Counted from the stretch's first letter, positions 9,503 through 19,247 are shown. The stretch is 64,000 nt of DNA from Longimicrobiales bacterium (GCA_965248195.1 CBDFIQ010000001.1:1216001-1280000), one strand, 5' to 3'. Translations and numbers: made by a program. Notes: generated by a model from the sequence alone, not told the origin.

Positions 9503-10585
9503 TCAGTTCTTCATCCCATTGATCGACACAAAGGCGGGTTGGATCAAGCGGCGTCGATCGGCATTTGCCTTTGGTACGAATTTTTGCACCCTGTAGTTGG
9601 CGTAATCCGCTACATAGAGGTTGCCGTCCTGGTCCACGTCGAAGTGGTGAGGATTGTTGAATGCGCCCGGAAAGTTCCCCGCCGCGCCCCAGGAAGTAAG
9701 GAATAGGCCGCTCAAGTTGAACTGTACCAACCGGTTGAGCGTTGGGTCACTCATCCAAACAGTTTGATCCTGAGCGACCACTATGTGAGACGGCTGGGCC
9801 ATCCCGTCCCACATGTCGAGGAACTTCCCATTCTCATCGAAAATCTGAATGCGCCCATTGCGGCGATCGGCAACATACACGCGGCGATCCGAGTCGACCT
9901 TTACCGAGTGGACAAGATTGAACTGGCCTGGTCCGGTTCCCCTGCTCCCCCAGTGCATCAGATACTCGCCATCCTCGTTGAACTTCACAACGCGCGTGTT
10001 CACGTAGCCGTCGCTAACGAAAAACCTACCATCCGGTAGGAAGGCCATGTCGGTTGGTCGCGCGAAATGGTCCTGGTCGTCGCCCACCACTCCTTTCTCC
10101 CCCAACGTCATCACCAGTTCCGATCCATCGTTGGTGAACTTGAAGATCTGGCTGGCCCAGTCGTCCACGATCCAGACATGCCGCTCGGGATCGTAAGGGT
10201 TTATGAGAACCTTGTGCGGTCTCACGAAGAGGTGATCCCACTGCGTCCAGGACTCGATAAGCTCACCGTCACCATTCAAGACGAGCACGAAATGGGCGGG
10301 AATGTGGTTAGAGTTGGACTGCGGTCCTGGACCCCGGGGAGGGCGAGGGTCCGGCAAGTCACCTCCCTGCAGCAGGAAGATCCTGTCCGGAGTATCGGGG
10401 TAAACCGCTGTAATCAGGCCAAAGGTCAACCCTTCTTGGTGCCAGGGCAGTGGCTTGAGCCAATTCTCCACCACCTCGTAGGGTCCAGTGATATCCTGAT
10501 CCCCCTTGATCTGTGCGTTCAATGGAGCGCAGATCACCATCCCGGCTGCGCCAGATATTCCCGCGACCCAGCGGCTCGCAATCAT
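9503..10585 (-). CDS. Secreted PAL-like (peptidyl-alpha-hydroxyglycine lyase family) NHL beta-propeller
   Basis: RPHKV, SDGYVNTR, LVHSV, ADRRNGR, NPHHF provide three Zn His plus the catalytic Tyr and Arg of PAL. Signal peptide ending LNA-Q. Confidence 0.9.
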   Translation of the reverse strand: MIASRWVAGISGAAGMVICAPLNAQIKGDQDITGPYEVVENWLKPLPWHQEGLTFGLITAVYPDTPDRIFLLQGGDLPDPRPPRGPGPQSNSNHIPAHFVLVLNGDGELIESWTQWDHLFVRPHKVLINPYDPERHVWIVDDWASQIFKFTNDGSELVMTLGEKGVVGDDQDHFARPTDMAFLPDGRFFVSDGYVNTRVVKFNEDGEYLMHWGSRGTGPGQFNLVHSVKVDSDRRVYVADRRNGRIQIFDENGKFLDMWDGMAQPSHIVVAQDQTVWMSDPTLNRLVQFNLSGLFLTSWGAAGNFPGAFNNPHHFDVDQDGNLYVADYANYRVQKFVPKANADRRRLIQPAFVSINGMKN

Positions 10586-10637
10586 CTTGGTCTCCTAAGC
10601 TTGGCGTTCCAGATTAGGACGGATAGCGTCGCTGCGG

Positions 10638-12044
10638 CTACCGCTGGGGCGCGCGCAGACGGGAAACAGTCCGGGACCCGTCGCCGGTCAGGTCGTCACG
10701 CACGACCACTCCGCCCTTCATCACAAACCGTACGCGCTCCATCTCGCTGATATCCACCAGCGGGTCACCCGCAACCGCGACGATGTCGGCGAACTTGCCG
10801 GCCTCGACGCTACCGATGTCCTCTGCCCAGTTGTAATTCAAATCGTTGGCGGCAACCATCAAGGCCGTGCTCACCGACTGCGCCGGGGTCATCCCCAGTC
10901 CTACGAATACGGAAAAAATGTTCGCCTGCCCGCCGATCCTTCTCGGCCTGGTGTCGGAGAACGGAGAGCCCTGCGAACCACTCCCGAACGGGATCGGTAT
11001 ACCGGCGGCGAGCAGTCTGACGAACAGCTCCTCGGTCTTGACCCAGCGCGGACCGCGTCCGTCGGGAAACGCACCAGCGTACGCATCGTTAAAGCTAATT
11101 TGCACGGACGTGCCGTTCTCGACGACCTCCTGCAGTAGCGTGTCGTCGAGGTCCATCATATGCATGGGCACGTCGAATCCAGCACGCACGCAGCTATAGG
11201 CGGCCTCTTCGTTTCCATAGGTGTGACACGTGGTTCTCAACCCCAACCGCCGAGCCTCATCGGCAATGGCCTCGAACTCCTCGAAGGTCAGCGCCGGAAG
11301 CCCGAGCATGGTCCCGTCCGCTTGGTAGAACCTGCCCTGCGCCGGGTCCAGAAAGTCCCACGTGCTGTAGACTTTCACCCAATCGGCGCCGTACAACTTG
11401 AGCGTGCGGACGGCGCGCCGAGCCTCCCATGGACCCGTGACGCCCAGCCGGTCGCCGGGAACCTGAAGATCCTGGTAGCCGATTGGCAGCTGCCGTACAG
11501 CCCCGCCGCCCCGCGGATTCAGGACGGGTCCGGCAACTTGCATTCGTGGCCCGAGCATTTGGCCACTGTTGATCGCGTTCTTCATCTCGATGGTGGCCCA
11601 GGGCAGATTCTCGCGCGAACCCTGGTCGACCACGGTCGTCCAGCCTCCGTTCAAAGCCATCTGGGCGGCTTGCACCCCCACGATCCACTGCTGCCCAGGC
11701 GTCCCGTTCCCCATTATGTGAAGGTGCGTGTCGATCAATCCCGGGAGCACGGTCTCCTCACTGAGATCGATCACGGTGGCCCCGGACGGGATCCGCACGT
11801 TCGGACCCACGTCTACAATCCGATCGCCCCTGATGAGGATGATTTGATCCGTCAAGTGCTGGGACGACGTGCCATCAAACAACCGACCTGCATGAATTGC
11901 GACGACCTGGTCGGCCGGCGCGAAGAACGGATTATCTCCTCGCGCTTGCCCGGCCCCTCCAAACTGGGCTGACAGAGCCCCGGCCGTACTCCAACTCGCG
12001 GCCGTCAGTGCGACGGCCACCCGTAGCAGACTTGTCCACCACAT
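10638..12044 (-). CDS. Secreted amidohydrolase-superfamily protein (Xaa-Pro dipeptidase-like)
   Basis: VLPGLIDTHLH, GADWVK, TCH, PMH, GKFADIVAVAGDPL, FVMKGG. Signal peptide. AGGAGG RBS. The usual GTD Asp reads GSG. Confidence 0.88.
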   Translation of the reverse strand: MWWTSLLRVAVALTAASWSTAGALSAQFGGAGQARGDNPFFAPADQVVAIHAGRLFDGTSSQHLTDQIILIRGDRIVDVGPNVRIPSGATVIDLSEETVLPGLIDTHLHIMGNGTPGQQWIVGVQAAQMALNGGWTTVVDQGSRENLPWATIEMKNAINSGQMLGPRMQVAGPVLNPRGGGAVRQLPIGYQDLQVPGDRLGVTGPWEARRAVRTLKLYGADWVKVYSTWDFLDPAQGRFYQADGTMLGLPALTFEEFEAIADEARRLGLRTTCHTYGNEEAAYSCVRAGFDVPMHMMDLDDTLLQEVVENGTSVQISFNDAYAGAFPDGRGPRWVKTEELFVRLLAAGIPIPFGSGSQGSPFSDTRPRRIGGQANIFSVFVGLGMTPAQSVSTALMVAANDLNYNWAEDIGSVEAGKFADIVAVAGDPLVDISEMERVRFVMKGGVVVRDDLTGDGSRTVSRLRAPQR

Positions 12045-12093
12045 GGAACCCCTCCTGTCACGCGTGGGTGAAAGCAACGCACTTAGATTCCCA

Positions 12094-12227
12094 TACTCCC
12101 ACTACCTTGAGGTGCATCCAGTGCTATAAGGTGCATCCAGGGCTATCAAGGTGCGTCCGGTACTATAAAGGTGCGTCCGGTACTATCCGGTACTATCCGG
12201 TGCTATAAGGTGCATCCCTACTCCCAC
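12094..12227. repeat. Intergenic minisatellite (~19-20-bp unit AGGTGC(A/G)TCC(A/G)GTxCTAT) bracketed by the 9-bp direct repeat TACTCCCAC
   Basis: About five degenerate units between 12110 and 12218, with internal CCGGTACTAT sub-repeats. TACTCCCAC occurs at 12094-12102 and 12219-12227. Confidence 0.85.
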
Positions 12228-12442
12228 GTCACGAATTAACGCGCTTAGGACCTACGCGCCACCTCGGGACGTCACAGGGAAGCCGGCGATGGGGGGCGGA
12301 ACCGTCGGGCGGAGGCGTCGAGCTTGGCGAGACGGATGAGGCGAAGCGCCGTTGCTGCACCCTGCGCTCAGCAATAAGTTCGGGGAATCGTCCCCAACTT
12401 CCCCAAGAAGTTCCCCACATTGTGGAAATCAGGAGGGCATCC

Positions 12443-13504
12443 ATGAGCGTGATGATCGAAGGACCAGAGAGAAAGGATCCAGGTGGTCAGATTACGCGGA
12501 GGGACCTTCTCATTTCGCTCCTGGCCGCGGTGATTTGGCGACCTGGGTCGGCTATGGGGCGGCCTCGCCTGATGGGGCAGTCGGGCCAGTCGTACCTACC
12601 GGTCCGGGTGAGTACGCTGAACCACGTGAGCTTTGGATGCGCAGACCTTCCGGCCACCGTCGCGTGGTATGAGAGGGTCTTGGGTATTCCGCGCTACGCT
12701 TTCCAAGACTACGGAGGGGGCGGAGGGGGCCAGACCGTTCTCCGAGTAGGGAGCGACTCCCCCGCTTACATGGCATTGTCCCAGAGAAACCCAGAGAGCT
12801 TCAGCACCCCCCCGTCCCGGCGTCCACACTTCTGTTGGGGTATCGAGGATTTCAACGTCCACCGGATTTTCAGGGCGCTCGCCGAGATGCCTGCTCTGGC
12901 GCGGTCGGTTCTCCGGGAAGGCACGACGATCAACGGGGTCAATTTCGACGGACCGGACGCTGCGCCGCTTCAGTTCAATCCTGTGATCGCTTGTGGCGGA
13001 GTAGGCTTCCTGGGCGAGGTGTGCGACGCTTCGGCCGTCGCCGTTCGGCGGCCGGGCGACCCACCCCCGATCCAGGTACGTACGATGAACCACATCAAGT
13101 ATTTCGTTACGGACCTCCAGAGCTCACTCGAGTGGTATCGGAGGCTGACCGATATGCAGATCGTGACGTACCAGGAACGCGAGGGGGGGCCACGGACAGC
13201 TGGATATGAAGGAGCCCCGATCCCCGTGCTCAGGGTCGGGTCCGGACCTCAACACCTTGCCTTGATCGAAGGAACCGGCCCCGAGGCGTTCCGTCCGCAT
13301 GTCGGCTTTGGCGTCGAGGGGTTCGATCCCGAACGCATCATGAAGACGCTCGCCGACCATGGCGTGACGGCGCGGGTGAGAATGCGCGAGGGTGTAACGC
13401 CGGAGATTCTGGTGGAGGGCCCGGACGGGGTCGGGATCCAGCTCCAGGACGTGACCTATTGTGGCGGGACTGGCGTACTCGGAAACGTGTGTAACCTGCG
13501 CTAG
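12443..13504 (+). CDS. Tat-signal two-domain VOC/glyoxalase-family protein
   Basis: TRRDLL. Two modules each run NH..D(L)..WY.R..PH..G(I/V)E.F..GPD..Q and end in CGGxGxLGxVC. AGGAGG RBS. Confidence 0.85.
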   Translation: MSVMIEGPERKDPGGQITRRDLLISLLAAVIWRPGSAMGRPRLMGQSGQSYLPVRVSTLNHVSFGCADLPATVAWYERVLGIPRYAFQDYGGGGGGQTVLRVGSDSPAYMALSQRNPESFSTPPSRRPHFCWGIEDFNVHRIFRALAEMPALARSVLREGTTINGVNFDGPDAAPLQFNPVIACGGVGFLGEVCDASAVAVRRPGDPPPIQVRTMNHIKYFVTDLQSSLEWYRRLTDMQIVTYQEREGGPRTAGYEGAPIPVLRVGSGPQHLALIEGTGPEAFRPHVGFGVEGFDPERIMKTLADHGVTARVRMREGVTPEILVEGPDGVGIQLQDVTYCGGTGVLGNVCNLR

Positions 13505-13558
13505 AGCCCGTGACCCCGATGGTCGCCCAGGCGAGAATCCACCGCTTCGATCCGCGCG

Positions 13559-14068
13559 TTACCTGAGGGTCAGTCCCTGGCCCGGGTCGATCCGCACGAC
13601 GGTGTAGGTAATCGACTCTGGAACCTCGGAGAAATAGTGTGGCGTGCCCGCTGGGATGATGATGATGTCGCCCGCGGCGATCCGACGGGTCACCCCACCT
13701 TCCATGCCGTTACCCGTCCACCCGGGCCCAGACACCCTACGTCGGCGAGCCGTGTTCTCACGCGGCCGCGGATCGATCAGGCGGCCACCGGTCACCAAGG
13801 TGCCTGAGCCATCGTGGACGGTGTAGACCTCGGTGACTTCGCTGTGGATCGTGCCGGCGACGACGTTTGCCGACGGGCCCCGATGAACGAGAGCGACGCC
13901 CACGTGGTGCCCGCCCGCATCGACGGTCCGCATCGGCGTGTCCGTCTCGCCGGTCGCGATCGCGTTCTCCAAGGTGGCCTGAATGTCGGCGGCCGTCACA
14001 TCGACCGCCGGCATGGAGGTCGAGCCCGCCTGGGCAAGCACGACCAAGGCTGCAAGAATGTTCGGCAT
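13559..14068 (-). CDS. Secreted cupin-domain protein
   Basis: HSEVTEVY..GSGTLVTGG and GDIIIIPAGTPHYF. Signal peptide. GGAGGAGG RBS. Confidence 0.85.
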   Translation of the reverse strand: MPNILAALVVLAQAGSTSMPAVDVTAADIQATLENAIATGETDTPMRTVDAGGHHVGVALVHRGPSANVVAGTIHSEVTEVYTVHDGSGTLVTGGRLIDPRPRENTARRRRVSGPGWTGNGMEGGVTRRIAAGDIIIIPAGTPHYFSEVPESITYTVVRIDPGQGLTLR

Positions 14069-14306
14069 GGCCTCCTCCGTTCCTTGTTCAGGCCGACCTT
14101 ACGCTTCAAATTTCGAACCACAGGGATTGATTATAGGTGGAAGCGCTTTGTCGTGCAGCCTCCGAGGCCCGCTTGGGAACCTTCTCGGCACCGTGGCGAT
14201 TGAAGAAGGGTAAAGCATGCTTGTGGAGGCCTACGTTCGAGACGTACACGGAACGCTGGTCGACACGGAGCGACGAGCACCGGTACGCAACACTCTGGGG
14301 GTGACG

Positions 14307-15206
14307 ATGACTACTCGACTGTCCATCCTTTCGGGGATCGCACTGGCCGCGCTTTTCCCCCTGTCCCTTTCGGGGCAAGCCATTTGTAGTGCTCCACATT
14401 CATCGCCGACTCTTGCACAGGGCGGATCGCTCAGGACCCTTCCCGTCGGCGGCGGCTGGGCCCAGATCTCTTTTTACCGTCAGAAGTCCGTCGACTTTTT
14501 CAACCGCAACGGTGACCGCCAGGATTTTCTCGCTCAGGGCGAGTTCCTGACCCGCTCGGTTTTCTTGACCGCTGCGATGGGCGTGGCCGAGGGTCTCGAT
14601 CTCTGGGCCCAGATGCCGGTCCATAGGCTCGGTGTGGAAAGCTTGGGTGGGAACAGCGTGAGCTCGGGGGTTGGCGACGTACGATTCGCGGCTCGTGTCA
14701 CTCCTGAACTCTTCGGGTTCGAGGCGCCGGTGGGGCTCAGGTTCGGTGGCAAGGTTCCCGGCAGCAGCTTCCCCGTGGACGCGACGGTGTTGCCGCCCAC
14801 GGAGGGGCAGCGCGACTGGGAAATCAGCCTCGAATCCGGCCGGGTCTTCGATTTGCTTCCCATATACGTGGTGGGGTGGGCGGGATACCGGTGGCGGAGC
14901 CTGAATGAGACGGCCCTCTACCAGCCTGGGGACGAGAGCTTCGGCCATCTGGCCGTCGGTGGCTCGGTACATGACCTCAGTTGGCAGATCGGAGCCGACG
15001 GGCTCTGGGGTAAGGCACCGATAGTAGCCGGTCTCCTTTTGGCTGATCAGGAGGCGCGCCGCCTGCTCCAGATCGTGCCCACGGTAGGCTACCTTGTGGG
15101 TCCAGGTACGGTCGAGGTGTCGGTGCAGATTCCGCTGGCGGGCCGTAACCTGCCGTCCGGAGCCGGGGTCGGTGTGAGCTATCGGACCGCGTGGGGGCTG
15201 CTGTGA
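14307..15206 (+). CDS. Putative outer-membrane beta-barrel (SphA/MetA-pathway transporter-like)
   Basis: Signal peptide followed by CSAPH. GVGDVRF..KVPG, PTEGQRD and GYRWR..PGDE. Alternating beta-strand pattern. Track start 14217. Confidence 0.6.
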   Translation: MTTRLSILSGIALAALFPLSLSGQAICSAPHSSPTLAQGGSLRTLPVGGGWAQISFYRQKSVDFFNRNGDRQDFLAQGEFLTRSVFLTAAMGVAEGLDLWAQMPVHRLGVESLGGNSVSSGVGDVRFAARVTPELFGFEAPVGLRFGGKVPGSSFPVDATVLPPTEGQRDWEISLESGRVFDLLPIYVVGWAGYRWRSLNETALYQPGDESFGHLAVGGSVHDLSWQIGADGLWGKAPIVAGLLLADQEARRLLQIVPTVGYLVGPGTVEVSVQIPLAGRNLPSGAGVGVSYRTAWGLL

Positions 15207-16375
15207 GTCGAGATCGTTTCGGGGTCATTCTCCTCCTCCTCGCGCTCACGGGCGTAGCGGCATGCTCTGATGAAAGCCCTGCTGCTCTCCAAGGCGGCGA
15301 ACCGACCGGCGGGGGCGGCTTCTTCGGCTGCAACATCGATAACATAAATGTAGAGCTAGACTTCCTCATTTCCGGAAGCGTATTCGACGCGATCCGGTCG
15401 GTCGATCAACCTGTCTGGGTTTGGGCCGAAGACGGGGTCCCGAGCTATCTGGAACCGGATGACCGGGTGATCGGCATGTTCCTGAACTCAGATCCGGTTG
15501 CCGTCCCTCTCAACGTCATGTGGTTCCACGAGGTCGTTAACGCGGGCGCTGGGGCGTTCGCCACGGCCGTGACCCACTGTCCCCTCACGGGTTCTTCTCT
15601 CGCTTTTTCGCGAGCGGGAGTGGGTGAGGGACCGTTCGGCGTCTCGGGGCTCCTTTTCATGAGCAACATGGTCATGTTCGACCGGGAAGACCCGGAGTCA
15701 CGCTGGTCTCAAATGGCCACCGGCGCGATCTGCGGCCCGGACGCGGGGAGTAGCTTGGACCAAGTCCCGGTCTTCGAAATGCGGTGGGCCGAATGGTTCG
15801 AGCTCCACCCCTCCACCAAGGTCCTCGACGGGTTTCAAGGCGACGAGTTCCTGCGGGGCCTCTTCGACTCGGAATCTCCCTACAACGCGGAGAACAATCC
15901 GTACGGAGGCTACGACGAGAGGGGTGGTTTCTTCGCGAGAGGAGCGATGCCACCCATCGATCCCCGTCGACCCCCCAAGGAACGAGTGATCGGGGTTCCT
16001 CCTTCGGACGGAGATCCGGGTATCGCCTTCCCCTTCGGTACTCTGGTGGGGTTGGTGAACGGATTCCAGGCGATCGAGTTCGTGTACGAGGGCCGCCCGT
16101 CCGTGCTCTTGTGGAGCGACGAGGCCGAGGGAGGGATGGCCTTCCGCCTGGAGACGGAGGCCGGTCAGGATGTGAGCCTGGTTCCGACCGGTGCTGGGTT
16201 CAGCGATGAGAGCACCGGCTCGACCTGGACGGTAGTCGGTCGCGCCGTCTCCGGCGCGATGGAAGGAGAGCAGCTCCTTCCCCTCGAGCGCGCCTTCGTT
16301 TCATTCTGGGGCGCGTGGGCCGCGTTCCATCCAGGCGCGGAGCTGTGGGAGGGCGAGGTAATTACCGAATCCTGA
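15203..16375 (+). CDS. DUF3179-family lipoprotein
   Basis: Lipobox VAAC. HEVVN, HCPLTGS, FGVSGLL..NMVMFDR, SRWSQ..AICGP, FWGAWAAFHP. Start overlaps the upstream stop (GTGA). Confidence 0.85.
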   Translation: MSRDRFGVILLLLALTGVAACSDESPAALQGGEPTGGGGFFGCNIDNINVELDFLISGSVFDAIRSVDQPVWVWAEDGVPSYLEPDDRVIGMFLNSDPVAVPLNVMWFHEVVNAGAGAFATAVTHCPLTGSSLAFSRAGVGEGPFGVSGLLFMSNMVMFDREDPESRWSQMATGAICGPDAGSSLDQVPVFEMRWAEWFELHPSTKVLDGFQGDEFLRGLFDSESPYNAENNPYGGYDERGGFFARGAMPPIDPRRPPKERVIGVPPSDGDPGIAFPFGTLVGLVNGFQAIEFVYEGRPSVLLWSDEAEGGMAFRLETEAGQDVSLVPTGAGFSDESTGSTWTVVGRAVSGAMEGEQLLPLERAFVSFWGAWAAFHPGAELWEGEVITES

Positions 16376-16487
16376 GTCCCACTCCCTTATTCTTGCGGCG
16401 CGCCTAGACGGCAAGCATCTTGCCCTCGGGAACAGGTCACACCCGAGGCTCCCGCGCCAAGCTGCCGCCCCAGAAAAGGACATCGCC

Positions 16488-17846
16488 ATGAGCCCGACGC
16501 GAAGAGGCTTTTTCATCCGTGCGGCGGCAGTAGGCGGAGCCGCTCTGGTCCGGCGCGTCGTGGCCACCCTGACCGGAAGGTCGACGGCTGCGTACGCGGC
16601 TGTGGTAACGACACGCTCCGCCCAATCCGCCATCACCCACGGACCCTTCGTCGGTCACCTGACATCCACGAGCGCCAGGGTGTGGGCCAGGTGTTCGACA
16701 CCGGGAGTCTATCGTCTCACCGCTCGGGGGATCGCTGAGCGCCGTGAGTTGGCCACGACGGCAGAGGCAACCCCCGAGAACGATATGTGCGTCGTCTGGC
16801 GCGTGACGGGCCTTCAGGCGGAAACGAGATACGGGTACGAGGTCACCGCTCAAGGCCAGCAGATGCTCGGGAACGAGGCCGCCTTCTTTGTGACGCCCGC
16901 TGAACAGGACGTACCGACGGTCACCCGATTGGCGATCGGATCGTGTGCACGTGAGGACGCTGGATCGTCTGCGGTGTGGCGTCGAATGGCCTCCATGGAC
17001 CCGCACGCTGTCGTGCTTTTGGGAGATACACCCTATATCGATTCGACGGTGCTGGAAGTTCAGCGGACCCGATATGGAGAATTTGCGGCGGTCCCCGACT
17101 TCGCCACCCTACTGCGAAACAGGCCGCTCTACGCCACGTGGGACGACCACGACTTTGGCGCGAACGACACCGATGGACAACTCGACGGTAAGGCGAACTC
17201 GCGTCGTGCCTTTATCGAGTATCATGCCAATCCGTCCTACGGAGACGGCGACCACGGGGTTTACACGAAATTTCGGCGCGGTGGGGTCGAAGTGTTTCTT
17301 CTCGACACCCGGTATTTCGCGGGCACCGAGCCCTCGCCGGTTGCGGCGGGCCAACCAACGCTGCTCGGCGGGCAACAGTGGGAGTGGCTGCGCCAGGAAC
17401 TACGGGCGTCGACCGCGCCCTTCAAATTATTGGCTTCCGGGATGATCTGGAACGAGGCCGTGCGACCGGGTAAGCCCGATCACTGGGGCACCTACCCGTA
17501 TGAGCGAGAGGCGCTGTTTCGTTTTATCGGACAGGAGAGGATTTCGGGGGTCGTGCTGGCCGGCGGTGATGTTCATCGGACCCGTGTCCTGCGATACGAG
17601 ACGATCGAGACCGCCGGGTACCCGATCACGGAACTGATCACGTCGCCCATCCATGAGGGTGTCATCGACGCCGCCAACGCGCCGCACCCCGCGTTGGTCC
17701 ACGACTCGGGTGAGCCGCACTCTTTTCTTCTCATGACCGTGGATACGACCGTGACACCGCCGATCCTCGCCGCGCAATTTCAGAATGGGGCGGGACGGGA
17801 GCTGTATTCTCTGACGCTGAACGCCGCGACGCTGTCTGCGGCATAG
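16488..17846 (+). CDS. phoD: PhoD-family alkaline phosphatase/phosphodiesterase with Tat signal
   Basis: TRRGFF, IGSC, LGDTPY, WDDHDF, LLDTRY, DHW, GDVH. Confidence 0.92.
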   Translation: MSPTRRGFFIRAAAVGGAALVRRVVATLTGRSTAAYAAVVTTRSAQSAITHGPFVGHLTSTSARVWARCSTPGVYRLTARGIAERRELATTAEATPENDMCVVWRVTGLQAETRYGYEVTAQGQQMLGNEAAFFVTPAEQDVPTVTRLAIGSCAREDAGSSAVWRRMASMDPHAVVLLGDTPYIDSTVLEVQRTRYGEFAAVPDFATLLRNRPLYATWDDHDFGANDTDGQLDGKANSRRAFIEYHANPSYGDGDHGVYTKFRRGGVEVFLLDTRYFAGTEPSPVAAGQPTLLGGQQWEWLRQELRASTAPFKLLASGMIWNEAVRPGKPDHWGTYPYEREALFRFIGQERISGVVLAGGDVHRTRVLRYETIETAGYPITELITSPIHEGVIDAANAPHPALVHDSGEPHSFLLMTVDTTVTPPILAAQFQNGAGRELYSLTLNAATLSAA

Positions 17847-18020
17847 AAGTCAGGGTTGGTCTTCGTGGCAGTCTGATTGTGGGGCGGTCAGCCGCACCTT
17901 ATCCTATCCGATGTGCGTTTCCTATCCCATGTACGTTCGACCCCCCGGTTGCGAATCGGCCTGAACAACGAACCTGGAGCAGGCGAAGGGGGGGTGACCC
18001 CAAGAAGAGGTGAAGCCACC

Positions 18021-19244
18021 ATGACGGAGAGGTACCAAAAACCAATCGGCCGCAGGGCGTTTCTGACGGGATCAGCTGGCGGTGTCCTGGCGGCCGGTTC
18101 GGGAAACTTTGCTCCTCTGTTGGGTCTAGGCCCGCCCACGCAATGGCAGCTGGAACGGAAGGTCCTGTTCATTTGCGTAGACGGCTTCGGCCCGAGCTAC
18201 GTGCACCAGAGTGACATGCCAAACCTGAAGCGAATGATGCAGGCCGGCACTTATGTCGAAGGAAGGGGCATCATCCCTTCGCTGACCAACGTGAATAACT
18301 CCTCCATCGTCACGGCGTCGTTCCCCGAAGAGCACGGAATCACCGGGAATTACTACTACGACCGCACCACCGGTACGGGGACCTTCATGGAATCGGCGGA
18401 GTTCCTGCTCCGCCCCACCATCTTCGAACGGGCCAGGGCTCGGGGGATCAAGACCGCCTTCGTCACCTCGAAAGAGAAGTTGATGTTCTTATCCCGAGGC
18501 GCCGATTTCGCCGTCGCCGCCGAGGGTCCCACCACGGAGATGCTTGCGACGATTGGCCCCGCCCAGGATGTCTACTCCCCCGATATCAACTTCTGGTCCT
18601 TTCGGGCCGCGCGCCATTTCCTGAAGGAAGGTGACTGTCAACTCGTCTACTTGGCGACGACCGACTACATGATGCACACCTATCCGGCCACGGACGAACG
18701 TTCGCTGGCACACTTACACACGCTCGACGAGTTGCTCGGCCAGATATTGAACGACCACCCGGACCTGGAGGTCTACCTGACGGCGGATCACGGTATGTCG
18801 CCCAAGCGGACCGCGATCGACATCGGCCGTATCATGACGGCGAACAGCATCGAGGGTGAGGCCGTACCGATCATCAGAGATCGGTACGTAGTACACCACC
18901 GTAACCTCGGCGGCGCCTGCTACGTCTATCTGGAGCACGAGGCGGACCTTGAAAGGACTTTTGAGTTTTTTAGGGGGGTCTCCGGAGTGGAAGAGATTTA
19001 CCGCAAGCAAGAGGCGGCCGATGAGTTCCAGCTACACGCCGATCGCATCGGCGACATCTTTCTTCTCGGAGAGGAGCACGTGGTCTTCGGGAACCTGGAA
19101 AGGACCCGAGAGGATGTGGACATTCGCTCACACGGCTCGAGGCACGAATCGACGGTCCCCATCCTCTGCTACGGCCGGGAAGTGGACGCAAGCCTCTACC
19201 GTAGCAATATCGATCTGACTCGTAATTTCGTGTGGGACGTTTGA
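18021..19244 (+). CDS. phnA: Phosphonoacetate hydrolase-like enzyme (alkaline phosphatase superfamily) with Tat signal
   Basis: CVDG, PSLTNVNN, HGITGNY, YLATTDYMMH, TADHGM, YVVHH, DRIGD, RSHG. N-terminal GRRAFL. GAGGTGA RBS. Confidence 0.8.
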   Translation: MTERYQKPIGRRAFLTGSAGGVLAAGSGNFAPLLGLGPPTQWQLERKVLFICVDGFGPSYVHQSDMPNLKRMMQAGTYVEGRGIIPSLTNVNNSSIVTASFPEEHGITGNYYYDRTTGTGTFMESAEFLLRPTIFERARARGIKTAFVTSKEKLMFLSRGADFAVAAEGPTTEMLATIGPAQDVYSPDINFWSFRAARHFLKEGDCQLVYLATTDYMMHTYPATDERSLAHLHTLDELLGQILNDHPDLEVYLTADHGMSPKRTAIDIGRIMTANSIEGEAVPIIRDRYVVHHRNLGGACYVYLEHEADLERTFEFFRGVSGVEEIYRKQEAADEFQLHADRIGDIFLLGEEHVVFGNLERTREDVDIRSHGSRHESTVPILCYGREVDASLYRSNIDLTRNFVWDV

Positions 19245-19247
19245 CCC

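Noticed and set aside
12110..12218. Possible CRISPR array
   Set aside because: The units are contiguous and degenerate, with no unique spacers and no cas genes.
15203..16375. Selenoprotein form of DUF3179
   Set aside because: There is no in-frame TGA and the ORF is uninterrupted.
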